The notes beneath the pieces are model-generated. The model made no database searches. It was given only the letters and a program-made list of their open reading frames with translations, and was not told the origin of the DNA. Of a DNA stretch of 64,000 nucleotides, positions 10,143 through 19,727 are shown one piece after another. Source of the stretch: a virus. Lineage: Duplodnaviria; Caudoviricetes. Position numbers and translations under genes: made by a program. The stretch is taken from IMG/VR virus record IMGVR_UViG_3300031998_000005. One strand, 5' to 3'. Numbering within the stretch: the first letter of the stretch is position 1; the number at the start of each line of letters is the position of its first letter.

Positions 10143-10829
10143 ATGGAGTTAAACAAGATTTACAACCAAGACTGCCTTGTAGGTATGCAGGAAATCCCCG
10201 ACAAATCTATCCCGATGATTTTAACGGATATTCCTTACGGCAAACTGAATGACATCAGCGAAAGCGGTATGCGGAAACTGAAAAAAGGCGATGCCGACAG
10301 CGTTACCTTTGACCTAAAAGAATTAGTGAACACTCTTTGTAAGAAAGCAACGCAGACCATCTATATGTTCTGCTCTACGGAACAGGTCAGCACCATCCGT
10401 GAAACGATGGACGCAAATGGTATGACCACCCGTCTTTGTATTTGGGAAAAGACCAACCCCTCGCCTATGAACGGGGAATACCTGTGGCTGTCATCTGTGG
10501 AATGCTGTGTGTTCGGCAGATTTCCCAAGGCGACATTCCACGAGTTCTGCAAATCCCCCGTGTGGCATTACCCCTGCGGACAATCCAATGAACATCCTAC
10601 GCAGAAACCCGTGGACTTGTTTAGATACATAATCCGAACATCGTCCAATCACGGAGATACCATTCTTGACCCGTTTATGGGCAGTGGAACTACGGCTATC
10701 GCAGCCATCCGAGAGGGGCGTAAGTTTATGGGATTTGAAATCAGTGAGCAGTATTATCACTTGGCTAACAAGAGGTTACGGCAACTTACAGGACCGTTCC
10801 ACCTGTTCGGGAATATCGGGGCAGAATAA
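10143..10829 (+). CDS. DNA methyltransferase, beta class (MTase-4)
   Basis: DIPY, HPTQKP, DPFMGSGTT. Confidence 0.92.
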   Translation: MELNKIYNQDCLVGMQEIPDKSIPMILTDIPYGKLNDISESGMRKLKKGDADSVTFDLKELVNTLCKKATQTIYMFCSTEQVSTIRETMDANGMTTRLCIWEKTNPSPMNGEYLWLSSVECCVFGRFPKATFHEFCKSPVWHYPCGQSNEHPTQKPVDLFRYIIRTSSNHGDTILDPFMGSGTTAIAAIREGRKFMGFEISEQYYHLANKRLRQLTGPFHLFGNIGAE

Positions 10830-10834
10830 GCACA

Positions 10835-10869
10835 GGCTATCCGACCACAACGGATAGCCAATTTTTTTT
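10835..10869 (+). terminator. Intrinsic terminator ending replication module
   Basis: GGCTATCCG/CGGATAGCC stem plus T8. Confidence 0.8.
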
Positions 10870-10889
10870 CAAAATTTTCGGTTTTCCTA

Positions 10890-10918
10890 TTGACAGGCAC
10901 TTGATATTTTGTTATATT
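10890..10918 (+). promoter_or_regulatory. Early sigma70-type promoter (class I)
   Basis: TTGACA-17-TATATT with TG extension; conserved ACAACCAC leader. Confidence 0.85.
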
Positions 10919-10953
10919 AGGAACATAGACAACCACCTATCAAGGATAGTCCT

Positions 10954-11313
10954 ATGATTCCCAATTATTCTGTTGCATACTATACCCACCATTCCAAAAT
11001 GGGGGAAGGGCTACATCAAGCCACCTACGAATCCGAAGAAAAGATGGCAAAGGCTCTTTTGACAGAAGTTGAACTCTTTTTTAGAAATTGCGGATATGCC
11101 AATTCTAGTGTAATGGAAACGATGGAACGCCTGGGCGTGTTCAACGGACACACCTATGGAACATCCCACATCACGATTGACGGGGGCAAGTATGGCAGTA
11201 TCGGTGCTACTTATTGGTGCGACCTTAAAGGCTTGAACATCCGTGTTTACTATATGTTAGACGGCAAGGAAAAGTATTATATGGAAATCCTTGTGAACCA
11301 AATCAAGCACTAG
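10954..11313 (+). CDS. Hypothetical protein
   Basis: First gene after promoter, AAGGA RBS. Confidence 0.7.
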   Translation: MIPNYSVAYYTHHSKMGEGLHQATYESEEKMAKALLTEVELFFRNCGYANSSVMETMERLGVFNGHTYGTSHITIDGGKYGSIGATYWCDLKGLNIRVYYMLDGKEKYYMEILVNQIKH

Positions 11314-11328
11314 CCTCCAAGAGTAGTT

Positions 11329-11541
11329 ATGGGAATACCCGCATTTCAAATCCACATTGAGTTTATTCGCCCGAACGAAACTGAAACGTCCGTAAAGGAC
11401 GAGGTTTACAGGGTTGAACCTACCGAAGACCTGTATGGAATTTACAGGGCTTCTTATGCTCGTTGGGAATACATCCACGATGATATGAAGAACCACGGCT
11501 ACAAGATTGTGAGTGGCTTTTACCGACGTATAGAGGTTTAG
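11329..11541 (+). CDS. Hypothetical protein
   Basis: Tightly packed ORF. Confidence 0.6.
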   Translation: MGIPAFQIHIEFIRPNETETSVKDEVYRVEPTEDLYGIYRASYARWEYIHDDMKNHGYKIVSGFYRRIEV

Positions 11542-12000
11542 ATGGAAGAAATATCCGAGTCCTTTTGCCGTAGTCTGCGTAGGCAGTTATGCGGTATCTA
11601 CCAAACAGCCGACAGGCTTGCTGAATATCTTGTGGAACGGGAAAGACGCTCCCGCCTGTATCACGATGACCAAGTGTCCGTAGTGGACGTGCGGGTAGAA
11701 CCAGGGGAAACACAGGTATTTATCTACTACACCCTTGTAGATAACGGGAGAGTCCGTTGCCGAGAAAAACTCCCTATGCTGTGGGAACTATTCCGTAGGA
11801 TTACTGAAACTGCTACTGCCAAGGACAGGGTAAAAGACCCGTTCTCTATGGAAATTACCAAGTTCAACCCCTATCCGAAATATCCCCCGATGGAAACGAT
11901 TAGACCGCTTGTCCGTGAGGTGACTCCCGAAGAAGCCTGCGAGATTTTGAAAGCCCAGGCTCGTGCGTTAAACGATGAGGAATATCCCGAAACCAAGTAA
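11542..12000 (+). CDS. Hypothetical protein
   Basis: GAGG RBS, abuts upstream stop. Confidence 0.65.
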   Translation: MEEISESFCRSLRRQLCGIYQTADRLAEYLVERERRSRLYHDDQVSVVDVRVEPGETQVFIYYTLVDNGRVRCREKLPMLWELFRRITETATAKDRVKDPFSMEITKFNPYPKYPPMETIRPLVREVTPEEACEILKAQARALNDEEYPETK

Positions 12001-12104
12001 ATAATTTTTATGCTACGAACCTCTTGCCATTGACTAGGTATTTTATTACTTTTCAATTACAACCCGAATAAGACCGAACCTGTTTAACCGAGGAAACTCT
12101 ACTT

Positions 12105-13022
12105 TTGAAACCCACAGATGAACTCTATTTTCAATACGCAGGCGTAATCACTAGCGTTGTGAATAAGTATGCCCACGACTTTCCCGACCTTGCGGATGAC
12201 CTGTTCTTACAGGCTCAACTGCTGTTCTGTCAAGCCTGCCTATCCTACGACCCCGAAAAGAGCGTAGGTAAGAACGGCAAGGCTGCGACATTTGAAACGT
12301 GGTTGCGGAACAAACTTAAATCGCTCAATATGGTCATTAGGAAGGCAGCCAAAGGACCGTGTTCGGACAGACATCTTGGGAATCCCCCTGCTATCTGTTT
12401 TTCCGAGATTGAAAGAATTACATCCACCGCAGGCAAGGCGGGTGAAGACCCCGATGACAATGACACCAACCAACCTTATGCAATCAAGATGAACGTCTTG
12501 CAGGAATATGCGGAGAGCCTGTCCGATGGAACGGACAAGGGTCACGACTACCCCGATGCGTTGCTCCCGTATATCCGTGCTTTAAGGGGCGATGCCCTGC
12601 AAGTGTTCAAGGACTACTGCCTTGGGGCGTTTGAACGCAAGGAGAGGAAGAATATCACGATTGCCTTGCAAAAGGCAAGGGCTATCTATGACCCCCGTTA
12701 TATTTACAGGGCTGTATATCGTGATAGGGGGTGGAGTTATGCCCGTGTGCAGAATGCGTGGCGTGGACTACACGGAATCTTGAAGAACTACCTTGATGGT
12801 AAACTTCCCGTGAACATCAGTAATCCGAGCACCCGCAAGCGATTGCGGACTCCCCTAAATGAAACCTATGTGCATAAGTGGAAATACGAATTTGAGCAGA
12901 AGCATAGAATCACCTATAACACTTATTGGGTGCTTGCCAAGAAAGGTATTCTGCCACCCCTCAAGGAATGTGCCGAGGACGAAGATTTCTCTAAACATCT
13001 GCTCCACACTTTTACCTACTAG
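12105..13022 (+). CDS. Sigma70-family-like transcription factor (region 2-like N-terminus)
   Basis: Y..VI..VV.KY....ADDL..QA...F..A...YDPEK...ATFETW pattern; TTG start after CCGAGG. Confidence 0.6.
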   Translation: MKPTDELYFQYAGVITSVVNKYAHDFPDLADDLFLQAQLLFCQACLSYDPEKSVGKNGKAATFETWLRNKLKSLNMVIRKAAKGPCSDRHLGNPPAICFSEIERITSTAGKAGEDPDDNDTNQPYAIKMNVLQEYAESLSDGTDKGHDYPDALLPYIRALRGDALQVFKDYCLGAFERKERKNITIALQKARAIYDPRYIYRAVYRDRGWSYARVQNAWRGLHGILKNYLDGKLPVNISNPSTRKRLRTPLNETYVHKWKYEFEQKHRITYNTYWVLAKKGILPPLKECAEDEDFSKHLLHTFTY

Positions 13023-13034
13023 CGGGGAATTACA

Positions 13035-13556
13035 ATGTCTGCTGAATCCTATGAAACCTTTGACATTCGTGATAGGGACACGCACGAATATATCCGTAAT
13101 CTTACAAGAGAGCAGTTAGCCCAATATGTATTGGGAGAACTTGAACCTTACAAGTCTAGCAAGACCAATAACAAGTTTGAACCGCTCCGTGATGAAATCC
13201 ACCACATTATCCATTGTGCCGATGGCACTGTGTATTACGATAGTGTGCCGATTTCCCAACCGAAGAAAGCCGAGTTCGTAAAGGTGGTGGAAGCCCTGTT
13301 TGAAGATTTGAAAACAGACCGCATTACCCTGTCGGATGCCTACAAGCAACTTGCTAATCTTGGTTATATGGAAACCGAGTATAGATACAGCGAAGAAACT
13401 AGGTATGGTCATCGCCATTTCATACTGAAAAATTCTCACGAAGGTTTCTTTATCCGTATAGATTGGCACTTGGGAAAAATGCTTACTGCAAAGATGTATG
13501 GGATGTCTTGGGGCGACCGCACGAACACTTACGAGTTTAGGAAAAAGGATGTTTAA
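13035..13556 (+). CDS. Hypothetical protein (C-half paralogous to 25540-25824)
   Basis: LK...ITL..A...L...GY...G..WGD shared. Confidence 0.7.
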   Translation: MSAESYETFDIRDRDTHEYIRNLTREQLAQYVLGELEPYKSSKTNNKFEPLRDEIHHIIHCADGTVYYDSVPISQPKKAEFVKVVEALFEDLKTDRITLSDAYKQLANLGYMETEYRYSEETRYGHRHFILKNSHEGFFIRIDWHLGKMLTAKMYGMSWGDRTNTYEFRKKDV

Positions 13557-13558
13557 CT

Positions 13559-13816
13559 ATGCCCATCTATATCTTTAATGCCAAGAAAGAATTTTGGAAT
13601 GCGTCTATCCGAGAGTTCCAAAAAGAGCCGTATGTTATCCGTTCTGCTACCGAAGCCCAAATGGAAATCCGTATGGCGGGTCGTAAAGATGACACGAGCG
13701 ATATGCTCCACTTTGACGAGCAGTTCCAGGAACAGGCGTATAACCACATAATGAATATGAAGATTACCAAGCAACACTTGAAAGTCTTAAAGGATATGAA
13801 CGGATGTTTAAGGTAG
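13559..13816 (+). CDS. Hypothetical protein
   Basis: RBS, packing. Confidence 0.65.
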   Translation: MPIYIFNAKKEFWNASIREFQKEPYVIRSATEAQMEIRMAGRKDDTSDMLHFDEQFQEQAYNHIMNMKITKQHLKVLKDMNGCLR

Positions 13817-13825
13817 GTTATGTAG

Positions 13826-14347
13826 ATGAAGAAAATTTGCCAACTGAAAAGCCTTTCGCAACAACTACAATTTAACAAGAAAATGATTAACGATATTGCA
13901 AGCACTATTGACGGAATTGACAAGAACAAGTTATCCAAGATTACGGGTGCCCTTGATTACGCCTGCCGTTCCCTGCACACGATGATAAAAACTTATATTT
14001 ACCCGAAGATTGACGGACCGAAATACCAAGAAACTTGCTACGATGACGATATGCCTGGGGTTAGTTTCTTGATTTCGGAAGGACACGCCTATTACTCCGA
14101 AGTCGCTGCGGAGCGTATTCTTCAAAAGTTCCACGCTCAATGGCGAGCCATTACGATAGAGGACATCACGCCCGACAACCCTGCAAGCGACTTGCTGATG
14201 GGAACGTGGGCACTCCGAGAAGATGGCAAGTTGGGTGTCCTGTGTCCTAGCGGTAGGCTGTGCGATGCAGGAACAAAATTCGGGGTATCGGTAGAGCCTG
14301 CGGAAAAGGATGCGGTAAATCGCCTAATTCTTGTCCGTAAGCGATAG
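13826..14347 (+). CDS. Hypothetical protein
   Basis: RBS, packing. Confidence 0.65.
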   Translation: MKKICQLKSLSQQLQFNKKMINDIASTIDGIDKNKLSKITGALDYACRSLHTMIKTYIYPKIDGPKYQETCYDDDMPGVSFLISEGHAYYSEVAAERILQKFHAQWRAITIEDITPDNPASDLLMGTWALREDGKLGVLCPSGRLCDAGTKFGVSVEPAEKDAVNRLILVRKR

Positions 14348-14402
14348 AGTTTCCGTTGAGAGGGAAAGGGTAAGCCGAACCGCCTTAAAGTGTCGGCACC
14401 AC

Positions 14403-14486
14403 GGGCGAGTGGTGGAATTGGCAGACACGGCAGACTCAAAATCTGTTGGCTTAATCGCCTTGCGGGTTCAAGTCCCGCCTCGCCCA
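14403..14486 (+). tRNA. tRNA-Leu(CAA)
   Basis: GGGCGAG/CTCGCCC acceptor, GCAGA-CT-CAA-AA-TCTGT, long variable arm, GCGGG-TTCAAGT-CCCGC. Confidence 0.93.
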
Positions 14487-14506
14487 CTATCACAATCAGT
14501 TAAAGG

Positions 14507-14806
14507 ATGACTATGGCAGATACGGCACAACCTAGTTTCGGGCAGGGTCTTGACAATCTCGTTAAAGACCTACGGAAAGAAAACAGCACACTGAAAGACC
14601 TTAATGCAAGATTACAGGAATCCTTGGTCGCCAAGGACGCTTGCATTATCAAGTTGAACGAAAAAGTCCGAAATCTGGAAAGCAAGATTTGGGAACTGCA
14701 AAAAATCCCCTATACCGACAATTCTGCCGTCATATCCCGACTGACGGAAGAAAATGAACAACTCAAAAAACTCGTAAAAAACTTTCAAAAGAGATACAAT
14801 GATTAA
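14507..14806 (+). CDS. Coiled-coil hypothetical protein
   Basis: Heptad pattern, RBS. Confidence 0.65.
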   Translation: MTMADTAQPSFGQGLDNLVKDLRKENSTLKDLNARLQESLVAKDACIIKLNEKVRNLESKIWELQKIPYTDNSAVISRLTEENEQLKKLVKNFQKRYND

Positions 14807-15047
14807 ATCTACCAATAGCGATAATATCGCCAAAGAACCCCGAACTATCAAATGGATTTCTGTGGATTGGGGAACACCGAGCCGAGCGGTTACCAAGGTA
14901 TTGACCAAGAACGAAGATGGAATTGTAGGGGAAGGTATCTATGACCGTCGGAACAGGACTTGGACAAAACCCGATGGTTCACGCCTAGACAGGATTACCC
15001 ATTGGTCGCTTATTCCCAATAGCCCAATTATTAGAAAAGTAGTTTAG
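14799..15047 (+). CDS. DUF551-like small protein
   Basis: WISV...P...W......ITHW..IP pattern. Confidence 0.5.
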   Translation: MIKSTNSDNIAKEPRTIKWISVDWGTPSRAVTKVLTKNEDGIVGEGIYDRRNRTWTKPDGSRLDRITHWSLIPNSPIIRKVV

Positions 15048-15088
15048 GTGCTATATATAGTGTAGAACCCTAGAAAAAGGAAACCCTT

Positions 15089-15544
15089 ATGACCAAGAAG
15101 ACTAAAACCAAGAAAACCCCCAAACTGCCCAAGGTGGACGAAAAAGCCGTAGAAATCGGAAACCAGTGCATTCACGCACTCGCCCTGTTTACCAATGCGG
15201 TAATCAAGAAACGCACCGAGAACGGGGTAGAAATGTTTATCCCGCTTACGATGGCGGTGGGCAAGAAGACGGAAACCTTGGAAATCACCTACAAGGCGGT
15301 TCTCTCCGATACCTGTTGGGACGAAGACTGTGAAACGATGTCGCTCTCCGAACTTGGAGCAGCCTTGTTCAAGGACTTGTGCATCGCTCTCCGTGAATCC
15401 GATGAAATCGTGGATATTGTCGGCAAGCCGTTTAATGCTCTCAAAAAGTTTGAAATCATTACGGACTACAAGGACAAGTGCGTTTACAAGGACGGCACTC
15501 TTACGTTCGTCAAGGCAGGACAGCCCAAGTCCAAGAAAAAGTAA
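15089..15544 (+). CDS. Hypothetical protein
   Basis: After class II motif at 15049, AAGGA RBS. Confidence 0.7.
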   Translation: MTKKTKTKKTPKLPKVDEKAVEIGNQCIHALALFTNAVIKKRTENGVEMFIPLTMAVGKKTETLEITYKAVLSDTCWDEDCETMSLSELGAALFKDLCIALRESDEIVDIVGKPFNALKKFEIITDYKDKCVYKDGTLTFVKAGQPKSKKK

Positions 15545-15570
15545 TAATGTTTTAATAACCGAGGAACATT

Positions 15571-16392
15571 ATGGAAATCTTACAACTTTCCGACATCCAT
15601 TATGGTGCGGACTATGACGGGAAATTCAACACGGCAAATCAGTGGTCTGCTGTGGTCAAGGACGCAAAAGCCCGCAACCCGAAAGGCTACGATGCCGTGA
15701 TTATCACAGGCGACCTTGTGGACGATGACCCCAATGTGGACTACAGAACCAAAAGCACCCGCTACGAAGATATTTTCAGCGATGCCTTGAGCCTGTGTGT
15801 CAATTCTAACGCTCCCGTGCTTGTGACCCCAGGAAACCACGACAATCGTGAAATCCTTACTAGGGTCGCCAAGGAACTCCCCATCAAGAGTTGGGATAAA
15901 AAGGAACAGCCGAAGGGTTTTGAAGAACAGGGCAGTCAGTTTATCGCTATGGAGTTCAACTGCAAGACCATCGTGCTGTTGGATTCGGGGTCGGTAGAGC
16001 CTTACAAGGGTATCGCCAAACTCGCAGCCCATTCTATCCACCATACTTGGCATCCCGAAGATACGATGATTTTCACACACAAGCCGTTCCGCAACGAACG
16101 CCTGTATCATCGCTTTATGGTCGGCACGGACAATGTGATGTCTAGGGATTTCGGACATCTTATTCACCCCTATGCACAGCAGTATTTCTGCGGGCATTTC
16201 CATCATTGGTCACAGGTGGATTGTGGCAGTATGGATATGTTCACTTGCCCCGGCATTCAGTGTCAAATTGACCCGTATTCCAAGGGATGTGTGCCTATTG
16301 CTATCCCTGGCTACCAAGTCATTGAGTTCAACACCTATGCGAACGCAGAGGTTGTCGTTCATCCCGTAATCCTTTCCGATTACGAACCATAG
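15571..16392 (+). CDS. Calcineurin-like metallophosphoesterase (CpdA-like)
   Basis: LSDIH, ITGDL, PGNHD, FTH, CGHFH motifs. Confidence 0.88.
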   Translation: MEILQLSDIHYGADYDGKFNTANQWSAVVKDAKARNPKGYDAVIITGDLVDDDPNVDYRTKSTRYEDIFSDALSLCVNSNAPVLVTPGNHDNREILTRVAKELPIKSWDKKEQPKGFEEQGSQFIAMEFNCKTIVLLDSGSVEPYKGIAKLAAHSIHHTWHPEDTMIFTHKPFRNERLYHRFMVGTDNVMSRDFGHLIHPYAQQYFCGHFHHWSQVDCGSMDMFTCPGIQCQIDPYSKGCVPIAIPGYQVIEFNTYANAEVVVHPVILSDYEP

Positions 16393-16400
16393 GTGCGTAT

Positions 16401-16817
16401 ATGTCGTGGCTCGTTGGAGTTCCATCAGTATTGCTCGTAGCAGTATTGTCCGTAGGGGCGATACTGCTTTATAAGCACCGCAGGAACAGGATAAGGAACT
16501 ATTCCTGTGCCGAGGCACAGTTGGTGGCTAAAAAGGCTCAAAAGCAGTTCCACAAGGAAATGCGTAAGCAGTCCGATAAACTGCTGTATGAGGTCTTGAA
16601 CATCATAGACGAGTCTGCCCGTAATCGCAAGAACGATGTCTATGTAGATACATCCCCGTTTGACAAAAAGTTTCTTGACAATACTGCTGATGCGAAGAAA
16701 TACCGAAACTCCGTCAAGGAATCATTACGAGCAAGGGGTTTCCGTATAATTCCCGATGAACAGCATAGGGAAGCGGTTATCCATATTTCCTGGATGACTA
16801 GCCACGCAGACGATTAA
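16401..16817 (+). CDS. Membrane-anchored hypothetical protein
   Basis: N-terminal hydrophobic helix then basic stretch. Confidence 0.65.
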   Translation: MSWLVGVPSVLLVAVLSVGAILLYKHRRNRIRNYSCAEAQLVAKKAQKQFHKEMRKQSDKLLYEVLNIIDESARNRKNDVYVDTSPFDKKFLDNTADAKKYRNSVKESLRARGFRIIPDEQHREAVIHISWMTSHADD

Positions 16818-16848
16818 CTAAATTTGAGCAACAACATTAGGAGATTAT

Positions 16849-17163
16849 ATGTCGCTTGACAACGAAAATTCGCACGGAGAAATCCCGCAGGAAAACCAAG
16901 CAGAAATGGTAAAGAAATGGGCAGACCCCGAACACTACAAGATGGAAGGGGTGGAAACCATCAAGATTATTGAATGGTTCGTGTCCAACCCCAAGCGTAA
17001 CCTTACCGAAGAACAGAAATTCCACTGCGGACAGGCTATCCGCTATCTGCTCCGTTGCGGGCTGAAAGATGACCCTGCCTTGGACTTGCAGAAGATTGAA
17101 AACTATATCCATCGTGCTAGGACCGGCAAGTGGATTCCCCGTGAACTGCTAGGAGAAAAGTAA
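16849..17163 (+). CDS. DUF3310-family protein
   Basis: PEHY....ETI.....F..GQAIRYLLR.G.K....DL.K...Y. Confidence 0.75.
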   Translation: MSLDNENSHGEIPQENQAEMVKKWADPEHYKMEGVETIKIIEWFVSNPKRNLTEEQKFHCGQAIRYLLRCGLKDDPALDLQKIENYIHRARTGKWIPRELLGEK

Positions 17164-17501
17164 TGCGATTTGTCACGAAGAAAGAACTGCTTGAAATGCC
17201 ACCCTTCACGATGTTCCGTCCGACGACGTGCGATAGCGTTGAAAGTTGCAAGGGCGAACCCGAAATCAAGACAGGTATGGATTTCGGGGCTATCTGCTTT
17301 CTACCTATGAGTATTCACGAAGATGTGGAAGAAACCTACGATTGGGATGGCAACCTGGACTTGGAAGATACCGACAAGTTTATTGTCTTTGAAAAGGAAG
17401 ATATTGAACTCCTGCAAAAGCGATTGGCGTTGGTCTTGGAAAACTGCGACTTTGAAAAAGTCCACCAAATCGGGTGCAACCCCTATTCCTACGATGACTA
17501 G
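17163..17501 (+). CDS. Hypothetical protein
   Basis: Overlapping stop/start, GGAG RBS. Confidence 0.65.
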   Translation: MRFVTKKELLEMPPFTMFRPTTCDSVESCKGEPEIKTGMDFGAICFLPMSIHEDVEETYDWDGNLDLEDTDKFIVFEKEDIELLQKRLALVLENCDFEKVHQIGCNPYSYDD

Positions 17502-17523
17502 GTAGAGTTCCTTATTAAAAAAT

Positions 17524-17556
17524 AGCCCCGTTGTCCATATCGGCAACGGGGTTTTC
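17524..17556 (+). terminator. Intrinsic terminator
   Basis: GCCCCGTTG/CAACGGGGT stem plus T-run. Confidence 0.7.
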
Positions 17557-17593
17557 TATTCCAATAAAAATACAAAAAATCTTAAAATAGGTA

Positions 17594-17622
17594 TTGACAA
17601 TGGTTTGGTATTTTGTTATATT
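17594..17622 (+). promoter_or_regulatory. Class I early promoter
   Basis: TTGACA-17-TATATT; ACAACC...CCGAGGATAAC leader. Confidence 0.85.
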
Positions 17623-17663
17623 TATGTCAAAGACAACCAACCACCTTTACCGAGGATAACTCA

Positions 17664-17957
17664 ATGCGTATCTCTATTGAAAAAATCCAAGAACCCGACT
17701 ATATGGAACAGATGGAAAAGTCCGACCGCAAATTCAAGGAAGGCTATTCCGCTTGCCCTATCTGCGGGCGACTGACTAATTGGGATGCTGCCTGCAAGAA
17801 GAACCGCATTCTGCGTATCGTGGAAGGTGGTGGAACTATCACTGATGAACTTGAAAATCCCGAATTTGACGGGGGTGCTGATGTTGGCTGTTGGGCTGTC
17901 GGTGCTACCTGTTGGAAGAAGTGGCTTAATGCAGTAAAGGAACAGACTAATGGTTAA
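17664..17957 (+). CDS. Hypothetical protein (CPICG)
   Basis: ATG after CCGAGG RBS. Confidence 0.7.
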   Translation: MRISIEKIQEPDYMEQMEKSDRKFKEGYSACPICGRLTNWDAACKKNRILRIVEGGGTITDELENPEFDGGADVGCWAVGATCWKKWLNAVKEQTNG

Positions 17958-18324
17958 TAATGGCTATCATTTATCCGAGCGTGATTTAGACTTGCTTGAA
18001 TCCGCTCTCCGTCTGCGTATTGGGAACGTGGAGAACTTTAACGGTGCCCCGTATATCAAGAAGATTACAGACGAACTTGACAAGAAAGGTATTCCCTACA
18101 CGCTCTCTCGCAAGGGCGAACAGATACTTTTCCCGTGGTGTCCCGATGACGTGATTTGTCATTACGGGTCTTACGGGCATAAGTTGGGGATGTTTGAAAT
18201 CTGCGGTGAATCGCTGATGACGGCAGAAGAACTCAAAAAGGACTCCGTGGTGGGCTATGTTCCCCTGGAAAGCGTTGTAAAGCGTATCGTGGAAGCCTAT
18301 GCCAAAATCAAGGAGCAGAAATGA
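17950..18324 (+). CDS. Hypothetical protein
   Basis: RBS, overlap with upstream gene. Confidence 0.7.
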   Translation: MVNNGYHLSERDLDLLESALRLRIGNVENFNGAPYIKKITDELDKKGIPYTLSRKGEQILFPWCPDDVICHYGSYGHKLGMFEICGESLMTAEELKKDSVVGYVPLESVVKRIVEAYAKIKEQK

Positions 18325-18400
18325 AAGGTTTTTATATCTACCCGAACCCCGCTTTTGAACGGGCGTTAAAGCGTTTTATGAAAAAGTATAAGGGGTTCAA

Positions 18401-18673
18401 ATGAGCGTGAAGACAACTGCGGACCGGCTTATGGCTATCCCCTGCGGGGGCTATTGGGATTACAGCCCGAACGGGAATGACTTTGGTTGCGAATACCCGA
18501 ATGCTACGGATATTTGCGAACATTGCGTTTGTAATATCGGTAATTGTTATGGTCGCCTAGAAAGCCACAGAAACACCTTTAACCCGATTACGGGCAAGCG
18601 TGTAGGTTTTAAGGTAGTCAAGCGAATCTTCGCCATCAAAAAGGATATGCAACGTGAAACAGGAACATTGTGA
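18401..18673 (+). CDS. Cys-rich hypothetical protein
   Basis: CGGYW...GCEY....CEHCVC. Confidence 0.6.
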   Translation: MSVKTTADRLMAIPCGGYWDYSPNGNDFGCEYPNATDICEHCVCNIGNCYGRLESHRNTFNPITGKRVGFKVVKRIFAIKKDMQRETGTL

Positions 18674-18977
18674 TTACTGCAAGCCGAACCCGCTTACGCT
18701 AGTCGGTAAAAAATTGCTCCATCACGGAGCGAACGTGCAATACGGAAAAATTCGTGTTTACTTTGAGAACGAAACCCTTGAAAGGGACATCTATTTCTGC
18801 CCGATGTGCGGACGCAAGATTGAAGACGATGACCGCATCAAGCGACCCCATAAAGATTTTGGAACAAGCCCGCTGATGGCAGGCTTTAAGACAGCATTCC
18901 ATAACAAGTATGGAACGGAAACAACCAACAACACAACTAATGGAGAAACTAAAAATGACAAAGACAAAGGAATTTAA
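18654..18977 (+). CDS. CxxC...CPMCG zinc-ribbon family member
   Basis: CDYC ... YFCPMCGRKI. Confidence 0.65.
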   Translation: MKQEHCDYCKPNPLTLVGKKLLHHGANVQYGKIRVYFENETLERDIYFCPMCGRKIEDDDRIKRPHKDFGTSPLMAGFKTAFHNKYGTETTNNTTNGETKNDKDKGI

Positions 18978-19161
18978 GCCCAAGTTCAAGGATGGCGACC
19001 AGGTGGAAATGCACACCTGTTTTGAATCCACGTTTGAGAAGAACAAGGGCAAGGTATGGACTTGCCGTGGCGACTCGTTCCTTGCGTGTAGCGGGGATGA
19101 AGTCGTATTCCTGGAAGGCTATCGTGGCTATTTTTCTGCGGAGTTCTTGCGTAAGGTCTAG
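18955..19161 (+). CDS. Hypothetical protein (FKxGDxV, SH3-like)
   Basis: GGAG RBS. Confidence 0.65.
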   Translation: MTKTKEFKPKFKDGDQVEMHTCFESTFEKNKGKVWTCRGDSFLACSGDEVVFLEGYRGYFSAEFLRKV

Positions 19162-19164
19162 CCT

Positions 19165-19386
19165 ATGAAATGCGATGGATGCCCCTACCATAAGGTTGAA
19201 ATCTATGAGGACCGTGATGAATACTGCGACATCTTCGGGGATTTTCCCGAAGACGAGAAATCCCGCAAGGATGGCGAAGGTTGCATATTCAATATGCGAA
19301 CTCTTGATAAGTATAAACGTATGAATGACGCTAGTTTTCAGTTCTTCCTAGACAACTGCGATAAGTTGGGAGGTAGCCCTGTATGA
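19165..19386 (+). CDS. Cys-rich hypothetical protein
   Basis: MKCDGCPY; TAGCCTATG junction. Confidence 0.6.
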   Translation: MKCDGCPYHKVEIYEDRDEYCDIFGDFPEDEKSRKDGEGCIFNMRTLDKYKRMNDASFQFFLDNCDKLGGSPV

Positions 19387-19724
19387 AAAGCCATACACTT
19401 ACTTTGACCTTGAAACGGAAATGGTTTGACCTTATCAAAAGCGGGGTCAAACGTGAAGAATATCGGGAAATGAAAGAATGTTGGTATAAACGGCTGTGCC
19501 GAGAAACCAACCCGAACTGCCCGTGGCTCAATCCGATGGGGGCAATCCATCTTGAAATCCGCAAGGATTTTGACACGCTCGTGTTTACGCTAGGCTATCC
19601 GAAGAAAGACGATATGGAGCGTAGGCTTGTATTTAAGAATCCGAAGATTCGCATAGATACAGGGAAGCCCGAATGGGGTGCAGAACCTGGCAAGAAATAC
19701 TTTGTCATCACTTGGGAGAAATAA
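19383..19724 (+). CDS. ASCH-domain protein
   Basis: LTLKRKWFDLIKSGVKREEYRE; GKPEWGA. Confidence 0.8.
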   Translation: MKSHTLTLTLKRKWFDLIKSGVKREEYREMKECWYKRLCRETNPNCPWLNPMGAIHLEIRKDFDTLVFTLGYPKKDDMERRLVFKNPKIRIDTGKPEWGAEPGKKYFVITWEK

Positions 19725-19727
19725 GGT

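Noticed and set aside
14348-14402. Hairpins ending in ACCA before tRNA-Leu as a riboswitch or extra tRNA
   Set aside because: No cloverleaf and no recognisable riboswitch consensus.
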